From positions 1 to 34,990 of the IMG/VR virus record IMGVR_UViG_3300008259_000020: 34,990 nt of DNA, one strand, 5' to 3'. Positions 1-7,907 of this stretch are shown here, piece after piece. The translations under genes were made by a program, and so were the position numbers. Every line of letters starts with the position of its first letter. The stretch's first letter is position 1. The stretch comes from a virus (lineage: Duplodnaviria > Heunggongvirae > Uroviricota > Caudoviricetes). A model generated the notes under the pieces. That model saw only the letters and a list, made by a program, of their open reading frames with translations, made no database searches and was not told the origin of the DNA.

Positions 1-428
1 TTAAAAAATCTAAAGATTGTGTATCCATCGGCCTTCTCCTTTATTACATCTTCTGCTGCTACTTTACTTCTAGCATACGGACTTGCCATTTCCCAAGCAC
101 TACTGGTACTTGCAAACAGCATATGACCAGTTTCAACTCTATCCAGCATGTTTGCAGTACCCATTATATTTACTCGATAGTATTCGGTGGGTTCTCGTAA
201 ACTATCAGGTACTACACTTCTGCCAGCAAGATGTACGACAGCGTCATAACTGCCGTACACCCACTTTGTAATATCGTATGAAGTGTAGTTGTCACAGTAA
301 GCAAGAATATCATTGTATTCGCTGTGGATATTAATATCCCAAGCATCTACATAATGTCCGTGTTCTTTTAGAATTTTACAAACATGACTACCGATGTATC
401 CGGTTGCGCCTGTGACCAATACTTTCAA
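1..428 (-). CDS. NAD-dependent epimerase/dehydratase (GalE-like extended SDR), runs off the left window edge
   Basis: Not in the ORF track because it has no stop in the window. Manual translation from TTG at 428 gives MKVLVTGATGYIGSHV...VVHLAGRS...FASTSS...YARSKVAAE, with the GxxGxxG and YxxxK motifs. The start overlaps the upstream TGA stop (TTGA). Confidence 0.85.
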   Translation of the reverse strand, partial: MKVLVTGATGYIGSHVCKILKEHGHYVDAWDINIHSEYNDILAYCDNYTSYDITKWVYGSYDAVVHLAGRSVVPDSLREPTEYYRVNIMGTANMLDRVETGHMLFASTSSAWEMASPYARSKVAAEDVIKEKADGYTIFRFF

Positions 429-1591
429 TACTTCTTCTCCGCTACATGGTCTCTATAACGATTGCTGTCTCTACGCCACTGTTCGCCGTTGCCTTGCATG
501 ATGTCAATGTAACGATCAACAGTAGCATCGGTCCAGTCGCTAATTTTACCAATGTCTTTGTGAGGACCCTTCAGTAAATTTGACAACTTATGAACAGCAT
601 CTTCCTTGCTCCACGGAACATACATTCTCGTATGATCATTTGCAAAGATCTCAGGGAAACTGCGATATGCAGGAAATAGAACGTTGCAACCCAATGCATC
701 TGCTTCACTAACAGTGTTACTGGTCCAATCTTGTAACGCACAGTTAAACAACACACGACTATTGTTTAGAATATCGTAGTATTCGTTCTTTTTAAGATTT
801 TCATAAATCTTTAGTTTGCCTGCTGATTCTAATGCTCTTGCACGTTCGATATAGCGAGGATTGTTTGAACGTAACGGGCCACCTTGTAAAATAGCAAATT
901 CTGTGTCGTCTGCATGATTATAATTTTCAATCAGATCCATAAAAAAGTCGGGTTGTTTTTCTTGATCCCAACGTGCAGCAAATACAACACGATTAGGTCT
1001 TTGATAAAACGGAGTAATAGTATCGACTCTGCTTTGTACTTCTGCTTTGCCAAATGCAAGTCCGCTAACGTTATAAAGTGGCGCACGCCAATTAGCAATT
1101 TTCATATGAGCAACCATTTCTTCGTTACTAGCAAGAACACCAGTAACAAATTCGTTGGTCATTTCTTCGTACAAACTCATCCAACGGCTCATACCCCAAA
1201 CGTGTACAAAGTCGTCAGGATCAACTGCTTGTGCTAGACAACGTACCCAAACCTTTGGACGTTGTTCTGCAGGAATCTGATCCATAATGTACGGAAGCGA
1301 TTCGATACCGGGTTGAAACATGTCTTCAAAGAAAACTGCGTCTTCACCAGTTACTTCACCATTACGCATCATCTGTACTAGATTCATCATCTGACTCATA
1401 CTGAAATATGAACGTCCGTGTGCATCTAGAACTTGACCTACTTGGATAGACTTAGTGTTATCAATGGTGACACCGGGCACCGAGATATACTCAATGCCAC
1501 GGCGTTCAAACACTGTACGGCTCCAGTCTTCTAACTGAAGTGTGTATCTACCCTCATAGGGCTCTAGCCCCATGTAGAATAGTTTACGCAT
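425..1591 (-). CDS. GT-B fold glycosyltransferase (GT4-like)
   Basis: 388 aa. C-terminal Rossmann-like half with VVFAARWDQEKQPDFF and NTVSEADALGCNVLFP, resembling the GT4 nucleotide-sugar binding region. Confidence 0.8.
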   Translation of the reverse strand: MRKLFYMGLEPYEGRYTLQLEDWSRTVFERRGIEYISVPGVTIDNTKSIQVGQVLDAHGRSYFSMSQMMNLVQMMRNGEVTGEDAVFFEDMFQPGIESLPYIMDQIPAEQRPKVWVRCLAQAVDPDDFVHVWGMSRWMSLYEEMTNEFVTGVLASNEEMVAHMKIANWRAPLYNVSGLAFGKAEVQSRVDTITPFYQRPNRVVFAARWDQEKQPDFFMDLIENYNHADDTEFAILQGGPLRSNNPRYIERARALESAGKLKIYENLKKNEYYDILNNSRVLFNCALQDWTSNTVSEADALGCNVLFPAYRSFPEIFANDHTRMYVPWSKEDAVHKLSNLLKGPHKDIGKISDWTDATVDRYIDIMQGNGEQWRRDSNRYRDHVAEKKY

Positions 1592-1802
1592 TTCTTACCT
1601 TCTTATAGTTGTTACGTGCTTTTGCTCGTTGCCAACCACGCCACTTTACAAAAGCAGTCCATACACGAGACTTTTCGTTGTATAGATTTGCTTCATTCCA
1701 TTCCCAGAAATCGCCTTTGTAATCGAGTTCAGTGCGACAAAAATCGCGGAACTCTTCGAGGTCGTTGAAGACTTTATTTACTACCGGATTGGTAATAGCC
1801 AT
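1584..1802 (-). CDS. hypothetical protein
   Basis: 72 aa ORF tightly packed between its neighbours, with an upstream AAAGGA SD. Confidence 0.6.
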   Translation of the reverse strand: MAITNPVVNKVFNDLEEFRDFCRTELDYKGDFWEWNEANLYNEKSRVWTAFVKWRGWQRAKARNNYKKVRNA

Positions 1803-1807
1803 TTAGT

Positions 1808-2275
1808 TTAGTTTCCTTTGTTTGAGTTGTTAGGATAAAAGATTAGTGAGCCATTTTCTCCATCTTCGGAGACTTCGATTTCTACAAAGCGGCCCGGGTA
1901 CCTTGCAGAAATTTCTTGATACAAGTCGTCGCTGATCATTTCGCAACTCTTGTGATTTAGTTCTAAAATATCTTCATTGTAAAGTTTTTCAAGCCAGCGT
2001 TTGAACTGGATGAATTCGATGTCTCTATCATCGTGAAACACTTCAATACGAACTTTAAAGTGGAAGATATGACGATGAGGAACACCTAGGAAACTCACAT
2101 CGTCCCAGTCGCCAGTTTTAAGACGGGGGTCTGTTGCAGCGGCAGGATAAAGATGCACGCCTTCTTTACGAAAGGTTACCCAAATACTTTTAGATGCTGA
2201 TGTCATACGTTGTTCTTTTTCTTTTCTTAGGAAATAGTTGTGCAATGCTTCTTGCGTTTCGTTGTCTGTGTTCAT
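1808..2275 (-). CDS. QueD-like T-fold protein with LxxxHRHxF motif (DpdL-like, candidate 7-carboxy-7-deazaguanine decarboxylase)
   Basis: FLGVPHRHIFHFKV sits where QueD has CxxxHGH, and there is a later SCE motif. It lies near a TGT-like gene. The true start may be M24 (2206), because the predicted -10 box abuts ATG 2275. Confidence 0.6.
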   Translation of the reverse strand: MNTDNETQEALHNYFLRKEKEQRMTSASKSIWVTFRKEGVHLYPAAATDPRLKTGDWDDVSFLGVPHRHIFHFKVRIEVFHDDRDIEFIQFKRWLEKLYNEDILELNHKSCEMISDDLYQEISARYPGRFVEIEVSEDGENGSLIFYPNNSNKGN

Positions 2276-2304
2276 AATATATAACTACTTTTATTTGTTG
2301 TCAA
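2276..2304 (-). promoter_or_regulatory. sigma70-like promoter TTGACA-N17-TATATT
   Basis: Exact 17-nt spacing. The -35 box overlaps the TGA stop of the upstream gene. Confidence 0.7.
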
Positions 2305-2834
2305 CGAATAATTGTGTCTTTTGTGTACTTTGACCAGTCGGTAAAAGTATCACGATTGGTTAAATCGCTTACAGAATGAACCCAAACGCCTGGGTTAGTA
2401 GAACGAAAATCACGATCGTCCAACTTAATGCAGGCGTTATAACCAAGTTGACGAATGTACGGAAGTTTAACACTGATCATACTAATAAAGCGATCGTATT
2501 CGCTCCATCCTGCTTCAAGAACACCTTCGTGATATTTTAAGTCATAGTCTAGTGTAACCCAATAATCTTCTTTTAGCATAAATGCAATAGGATCATGCCA
2601 TGCCATATATTGATCATATTCAGGTTGAGTTTGGTCAATGCTAAAACTCATGTTAGCACCAAAGTAGATATGATCAACTTTGTTTTTCTTGGCTAGTTTT
2701 AGAATTTCTTCTGCTGGTTGTAAACCAACAACAAACAGTGTTTTCATTCCGTGAGCCGAAGTATGTTCGACCTCAGTACCAACAAAGAAGTTTGGCTGTT
2801 CGCTTTTTACACCAGTGCTATAATTTCGTTTCAT
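2301..2834 (-). CDS. hypothetical protein within the deazaguanine/glycosylation cluster
   Basis: 177 aa globular-looking ORF (FFVGTEVEHT, HIYFGANMSF, NPGVWVH). No function recognised. Confidence 0.7.
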   Translation of the reverse strand: MKRNYSTGVKSEQPNFFVGTEVEHTSAHGMKTLFVVGLQPAEEILKLAKKNKVDHIYFGANMSFSIDQTQPEYDQYMAWHDPIAFMLKEDYWVTLDYDLKYHEGVLEAGWSEYDRFISMISVKLPYIRQLGYNACIKLDDRDFRSTNPGVWVHSVSDLTNRDTFTDWSKYTKDTIIR

Positions 2835-3004
2835 GATTTCCTGACCTGATAAATTTCATTCCACACTTGCCAACGTTTTTTGACATAATCGTTGACTTCG
2901 TTGTGTGGATAGTTGTTTTGCTTCATACTTGCTATTATACGATCTAAATCGCATAATGCAAGATCTAATGCTTCTAATCTTAACTTTTTTTCAAGCGGAT
3001 CCAT
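2831..3004 (-). CDS. small hypothetical protein (57 aa)
   Basis: Below the ORF-track cutoff. Translates as MDPLEKKLRLEALDLALCDLDRIIAS...EIYQVRKS. It fills the gap and has an ATGA overlap with the next gene. Confidence 0.55.
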   Translation of the reverse strand: MDPLEKKLRLEALDLALCDLDRIIASMKQNNYPHNEVNDYVKKRWQVWNEIYQVRKS

Positions 3005-3206
3005 TTAGAGTTGCTTTCGCACTTAGTTTACTTTCGATTCTATGTATTTCGTCTTTGAGCCATAACTTCTGTGTTTTTAACTTATAAACTTCAGGGCTGA
3101 CGTTTTGATTATTAAAAGTTTCCGAAATGTAAGTGTCTAGTTCTCTGTGTTTTCTTTTTAGTTCTTCAAGATGTGCATTTAGTTTTTCGTCATCGTTGTT
3201 GCTCAT
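2991..3206 (-). CDS. small coiled-coil protein (DUF465/YdcH-like)
   Basis: LEELKRKHRELD...LKTQKLWLKDEI resembles the DUF465 helical-hairpin pattern. Confidence 0.55.
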   Translation of the reverse strand: MSNNDDEKLNAHLEELKRKHRELDTYISETFNNQNVSPEVYKLKTQKLWLKDEIHRIESKLSAKATLNGSA

Positions 3207-4664
3207 TTATACTTCCTCAAAAAGATTATTAAACATTGTACTAGCATTTACAGTTTTCTTACCAACATTAAGTCTAGTACCAATTACTTGCATCCAATAT
3301 CTGCTGTACTTTTCGATTGCTTCAAGACTTTTGGTGCGATCTTTTAAACTAAAAATTTCGTCAACCACATCTCTAAAAGTTATACGATCAAATCTGTCAT
3401 CTATAAGCATATATGGATATATTCCGCTATCATACATTCTATTTGCTCGTTGTGTACTTTCAATATGCATCCAAACATTGTGACCCATTTGCAGTGCATA
3501 CGAAAAACTATCCCAACTAGTTCTACCTTCTTTACCTATTTTATTTAGGTCGCCGGGCTTGTAAATACAAATATCTTTCATTTGACAATGCATGGATATT
3601 GGTGAATCCTCAAATGCATCCACAATGCCATCCTGCACAATACCTTGACTAAACAGTCTTGTATCAGTGGAATACTTTTTATCATCAGCACTAGGACTCA
3701 TCATGTAACTCCACTTGCCACGGTCTTCAATTCTTATACTATGATAAACCTGTCCATTAGCAGTTGCAAGGAAAGGACTTGCACAGTCATATGTAATCAT
3801 AAAGTTTGGATTATGATACTTACGAACAGCACGTTGAATGTCAGTTAACAGCACTGCCCATTCGAGTTTGCTTGTGCCAAGGAAGTGCATAACATCGTGC
3901 ATACCTGTTTCTAGCAAGCCATCGTGTATCATTGCAACAATACGACGAAGTATCAAGTGTACATCGCACATGTTCTGTCCACCCATAGCCCAACCATTAA
4001 AGTGAGTCTCTGGATATTGTTTTGGATCACAGTAGCCTTTGAATTCTTCGTACCACTCATCTGCTTCTTGATGATTGCCACCTTGAAGAACGTTTAGTAC
4101 TTTGAAGTTACCGCGGCGATTTGCCATGTAATATTTTGCATTGATATGAGTTGCATCAACTGCATCTTGATATGTTTTAATACCTGATGCAGCACTGGCC
4201 TTTGGATCACGGAAAGTCCACGTTGGAATATCCAGCATCATGCCGTAGTCCATGTATTCTTCCATCCAGTTTACAACTAGTTCACGCTTCTTTTGTGCCT
4301 TAGGACAGTTTGGATCTGTCCAGTCACCTTCCCACAATCCTTTTGCAATTTGAAAACCACCCGAGTCGCCCAGCAACCAACTGTTGTTCCTATCACGGTT
4401 ACGTAGCATATCTTCTTTTTCACTGAACTTATTAACGTCAAGTTCGGCATGACCTGCACTATAGAGCGCCCATTTGTAATGGAACGCTCCTTTGTTTGAG
4501 TTTAAGAAATTTAACGCTTCTACTTCACCAATACCTGCAGGAACACGATTAAGATCTACATATTCGCTGTATCGTTGTTTACCTATGAATGTAGCATAAA
4601 AGCCACTGATACTAGGCAAAAACACTGCATAATCATTTTGTGCCTCGGTTAAATTGCTATTCAT
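3207..4664 (-). CDS. dpdA: guanine transglycosylase, TGT/DpdA-like (probable DNA 7-deazaguanine insertion enzyme)
   Basis: TGT motifs appear in order: DSGGFQ, MMLD, VLQGG, GWAMGG, HFLG, YDCASP (Asp nucleophile position). The phage context next to a QueD-like gene favours a DNA over a tRNA substrate, which is inference. Confidence 0.75.
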   Translation of the reverse strand: MNSNLTEAQNDYAVFLPSISGFYATFIGKQRYSEYVDLNRVPAGIGEVEALNFLNSNKGAFHYKWALYSAGHAELDVNKFSEKEDMLRNRDRNNSWLLGDSGGFQIAKGLWEGDWTDPNCPKAQKKRELVVNWMEEYMDYGMMLDIPTWTFRDPKASAASGIKTYQDAVDATHINAKYYMANRRGNFKVLNVLQGGNHQEADEWYEEFKGYCDPKQYPETHFNGWAMGGQNMCDVHLILRRIVAMIHDGLLETGMHDVMHFLGTSKLEWAVLLTDIQRAVRKYHNPNFMITYDCASPFLATANGQVYHSIRIEDRGKWSYMMSPSADDKKYSTDTRLFSQGIVQDGIVDAFEDSPISMHCQMKDICIYKPGDLNKIGKEGRTSWDSFSYALQMGHNVWMHIESTQRANRMYDSGIYPYMLIDDRFDRITFRDVVDEIFSLKDRTKSLEAIEKYSRYWMQVIGTRLNVGKKTVNASTMFNNLFEEV

Positions 4665-5050
4665 TTAAACTTTAAGTCTTTCAATAAGTCGGTTAGTTCT
4701 GTAGTGCTATACGCAGTGTTGGGCCAAGAAGTAGTGCCGCTGGTAGTACTGATGTTAGGCGAATAGACCCGGGTTGAATTTGTACCAACGTAATCTTTGT
4801 AGTGGTCTCTGTAATTGTCTTTATATGCACGATTGTTTTGTAGTTCTCTCATCATACTTTCAAGATTTTGTACTTTTTTAAGCAATGATTCGAACGGGCC
4901 TTCTAGTCTTTCATCTTCGTTGAGTTCTTGTGCGTGAACAATTGCAGCAACCATCATAAAGTTACGCAATGCTTTTTTTACACTTGGATTATCTGACGCA
5001 AGTGCTGCGTCAAACATTTGTGCAAATTCTTCAATATTAAACTGTTCCAT
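4661..5050 (-). CDS. hypothetical protein
   Basis: 129 aa ORF overlapping both neighbours. No motif recognised. Confidence 0.6.
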   Translation of the reverse strand: MEQFNIEEFAQMFDAALASDNPSVKKALRNFMMVAAIVHAQELNEDERLEGPFESLLKKVQNLESMMRELQNNRAYKDNYRDHYKDYVGTNSTRVYSPNISTTSGTTSWPNTAYSTTELTDLLKDLKFK

Positions 5051-5222
5051 GTTTTATTCCCCATTTAATTTTTAACCAAATTCTTTCAAACGCATAATGA
5101 ACCGAAGTCAAAATAATATGTATTGCAATAGCATCTGCAATACCAGTCCACAATGCAGTAATTAATAACGCAATTAGTCTGTATAATATTGTTCTAACTA
5201 AGGTTCGTGTATGAGTTTCCAT
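5037..5222 (-). CDS. small membrane protein (DUF2061-like)
   Basis: METHTRTLVRTILYR...HYAFERIW pattern with two hydrophobic segments. Confidence 0.55.
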   Translation of the reverse strand: METHTRTLVRTILYRLIALLITALWTGIADAIAIHIILTSVHYAFERIWLKIKWGIKHGTV

Positions 5223-5950
5223 TATTTTTGTTGTGCTGGAAGAATATACTCGTACTTGGCTAGTCCGCTGTCTACTGTAATTTTCATTGCACCTTGATCA
5301 GTGATACTTAGTTTTTTGTCGCCGTCGAGATGCAGAATTGCCAGAGTCTTGTCAATTGGCCAAGCCCACGTGTGTTTCAGTGTTCCTGTTACACTGTGCT
5401 GGAAAGTAAAACTACCAGCGTGTGTATTTAGATCACCAAAGTAGAAGTTCAAATTTCCGTTTTCAGTTTTAACTTGGAATACAGTTTCTTCGCTGTGAGC
5501 ACCAGCCATCAGTTTCATACGGGCAATTGCAGCCATAGATGGTTCAATTTCGATGTCCCAAGATGATCCTTTAAATTTTACTGATTTGAGTTTTTCTTCG
5601 ATAATTGCTCGGTTCATAAAGCGATAATCATTCTGGAAGTCACCGCCAGCATTTTTAAAGTGAATCTGTGTAGGAATAGTCTCTCCATTGCGCTCTTCTT
5701 GTTTAATAACAATTGTAGCCTTTTCTTTGTATTCCGGATTCTTCAAGTGGTAAGCAAGTTTGCCAAGATCTGGCATACCAAATACGCCAGTAAACTCGGC
5801 AACTGGCTTGTGTGTTGTGCCTGTTAAAATAACAGATCTATCTTCTGCCATGGACTCAATTGTAGTAGCAGATTCTGCTGTCACTTTAAGTGTAGCAATA
5901 AAGCCTAGTGAATGTGTATGCGATACGATGTCTTGTAAAATGTCTTTCAT
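5222..5950 (-). CDS. probable DNA polymerase sliding clamp (gp45/PCNA-like)
   Basis: About 243 aa and beta-rich, in the replication block near PolB, with a clamp loader elsewhere in the window. Start moved to ATG 5950 (GGAG SD plus 6 nt). Family resemblance judged by eye only. Confidence 0.55.
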   Translation of the reverse strand: MKDILQDIVSHTHSLGFIATLKVTAESATTIESMAEDRSVILTGTTHKPVAEFTGVFGMPDLGKLAYHLKNPEYKEKATIVIKQEERNGETIPTQIHFKNAGGDFQNDYRFMNRAIIEEKLKSVKFKGSSWDIEIEPSMAAIARMKLMAGAHSEETVFQVKTENGNLNFYFGDLNTHAGSFTFQHSVTGTLKHTWAWPIDKTLAILHLDGDKKLSITDQGAMKITVDSGLAKYEYILPAQQK

Positions 5951-5973
5951 ATTTTTCTCCAATGATTGTTTTT

Positions 5974-6002
5974 ATTGTATAGTATAAGCCTTTGTAAGTC
6001 AA
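5974..6002 (-). promoter_or_regulatory. sigma70-like promoter TTGACT-N17-TACAAT
   Basis: Exact 17-nt spacing upstream of the clamp gene. The -35 box overlaps the upstream TGA stop. Confidence 0.7.
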
Positions 6003-6757
6003 CTCTTTTTTCTAATAGAATTGTTAGATTCAACTGCTGCTTCTAGTGTATTTAGATTTATGTTTGCATTTGCTGCTGTTTTTAGAAGTGCTTGAGTGTC
6101 TTTAGGTAAACACATTCCGCCCCAACCTCTTGTCTCTTTTTCTATAAATGTATGGCTTTCACCTATACGACTGTCAACACCGACTCCCCAACGCACACAG
6201 TCATAGTTTAATCCTAGTGTTTCGCAAAAATTGTACATTTCGTTAAAGAAACTACACTTGGTAGCAAGAAATGCATTTCTAAAATACTTGATTGCAATAG
6301 CATCTTGTGGTGTACAAAGAGAAATTTTTATTTCTGGATAGGTATAGGAATAAAAATCTCTCCAATAATCGGTGTTTCCGCCTGCTAAAAAGATGTGTTT
6401 TAGATTTCTCAAATCCTCATCTGCTGCACTAGCCCGTAAAAATTCAGGACTAAATGTAACAGAATGTTCTGGAAAATCTCTCTCGATGTCTTTCCACCCA
6501 TCTAAGGATATTGTACTTTTAACTAGTATAGGAATGTGTTTAGGAAGTGTACCGATAACATGATGTACAATACTCATATCGCAACTTCCGTCATCAGTTG
6601 AAGGAGTAGGAACACAAACAATTGCAGCATGTAGATTTTTAATATCTTCGACACGAGTATTGTTAAAATTAGGATCTACTATAGTAATTTCGTGATATAA
6701 ATTAAATGCATTGTAATAGGCTTTACCTACAAAGCCGTAACCAAGTAATGCTATCAT
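5999..6757 (-). CDS. UDP-glucose/GDP-mannose 6-dehydrogenase-like protein lacking the C-terminal domain
   Basis: GYGFVG dinucleotide motif, CVPTP, KST, SPEFLR, KYFRNAFLATK and the catalytic GWGGMCLPKD. Only 252 aa. Confidence 0.8.
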   Translation of the reverse strand: MIALLGYGFVGKAYYNAFNLYHEITIVDPNFNNTRVEDIKNLHAAIVCVPTPSTDDGSCDMSIVHHVIGTLPKHIPILVKSTISLDGWKDIERDFPEHSVTFSPEFLRASAADEDLRNLKHIFLAGGNTDYWRDFYSYTYPEIKISLCTPQDAIAIKYFRNAFLATKCSFFNEMYNFCETLGLNYDCVRWGVGVDSRIGESHTFIEKETRGWGGMCLPKDTQALLKTAANANINLNTLEAAVESNNSIRKKS

Positions 6758-7476
6758 GCTGCTATCCTTGCTTCTTGATAAAATTGTAATGTTTCAAAAG
6801 TAAATCTCCAGTCAGTTACTTCGATACCAACGCCTCTATTGCGTTTTTTAATCTCTTGTGCTAGTGGATAATCGTTTCCGTCTTCGGACATCTTATCTCC
6901 AAAAAAGTAAAGTCTATCCCCGCTTTTAAAATGTTCTAGTATTTGACTTTTATCTTTGCCTTTTTCGTAAATGTCAATGCCAGTTTCGCCACCAATACGT
7001 GCTTCAAGGTCTTTGAAGGTTGAATTAAATCCATCAACTAGTTTTTTTCTTTCCTGATCTAATTCGTCAAATTCAACATATAGACGACGTTCTTTTAACG
7101 TAGCATTTCTTCCTACAACACTAAAGTTGACTGCACCACCACGTTCTTCGATATGGTTACCTGTGCGTAAAACAAACTTACTTTGTTTTAATTTGCCTTC
7201 TAACCAGTGACGTGCGAGATCTGGTAATTGCCAAGTTGATTGTTTTACAACATTGCCTTTGACTCTTACTTCATTGCCACTGCAATTAAAAATAATACTA
7301 ACAGCGTTTACAATACGTTCGTTGAGTTGCTCAACGGTTTTGCTATAATCGCTACCAGTTACTAGATATACAGAATTTTGTTGACAAAACAACAAAAAGA
7401 AATCAGCAAACTCAGGATTTATCTTTCCTCTACTAGGAGTAAGGGTTCCGTCTACATCAAAGATAAATTTATTCAT
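6754..7476 (-). CDS. HAD-IIB phosphomannomutase (eukaryote PMM-type family)
   Basis: FDVDGTLT, VTGSD, IEERGGAVNFS, GGETGIDI and FFGDK...GNDY. Confidence 0.85.
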   Translation of the reverse strand: MNKFIFDVDGTLTPSRGKINPEFADFFLLFCQQNSVYLVTGSDYSKTVEQLNERIVNAVSIIFNCSGNEVRVKGNVVKQSTWQLPDLARHWLEGKLKQSKFVLRTGNHIEERGGAVNFSVVGRNATLKERRLYVEFDELDQERKKLVDGFNSTFKDLEARIGGETGIDIYEKGKDKSQILEHFKSGDRLYFFGDKMSEDGNDYPLAQEIKKRNRGVGIEVTDWRFTFETLQFYQEARIAA

Positions 7477-7904
7477 ATGCTTTTAGATTCCTTTTCTGCG
7501 TCAACTACTCTTCGACGTAAATCGCTACTGCTAAATCTGTGATCACGTTTGTTAAAATGTAACTCAATGCCACGTTTACGACATACGTCTTTGCCAGAAA
7601 AATCCTTTTCGCGATATTCTTCACCTAGAAATCGTATGTCAATTTCAAACAGTTCTAGTATATCCACTACATCTTGTTCTGTTTGATATGGAACAATTTC
7701 GTCTATAAACTTAACAGCATTTAGTTGAGCATAGCGTTCTACCAATGTTTGAACTGGTTTGTTTTTTTCTGTAGGGCGGTCTATTGTGGGATCTGTTTGC
7801 AAGCCTACAATTAAATAATCGCAGTTTGCTTTGGCTTCTCGTAACATACCAATGTGTCCGGCATGTAACAGATCAAAGGTGCTAAAAGTTATTCCTACTT
7901 TCAT
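7473..7904 (-). CDS. TagD-like cytidylyltransferase (glycerol-3-phosphate cytidylyltransferase family)
   Basis: TFSTFDLLHAGH (HxGH motif), GLQTD, ERY and RDHRFSSS. Confidence 0.85.
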   Translation of the reverse strand: MKVGITFSTFDLLHAGHIGMLREAKANCDYLIVGLQTDPTIDRPTEKNKPVQTLVERYAQLNAVKFIDEIVPYQTEQDVVDILELFEIDIRFLGEEYREKDFSGKDVCRKRGIELHFNKRDHRFSSSDLRRRVVDAEKESKSI

Positions 7905-7907
7905 GTA

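Noticed and set aside
3207-4664. Calling the transglycosylase a plain tRNA-modifying tgt
   Set aside because: It is longer and more divergent than bacterial Tgt, lacks a clear CxCxxC zinc motif, and sits in a phage DNA-replication and modification context. A tRNA substrate is not excluded but is less likely.
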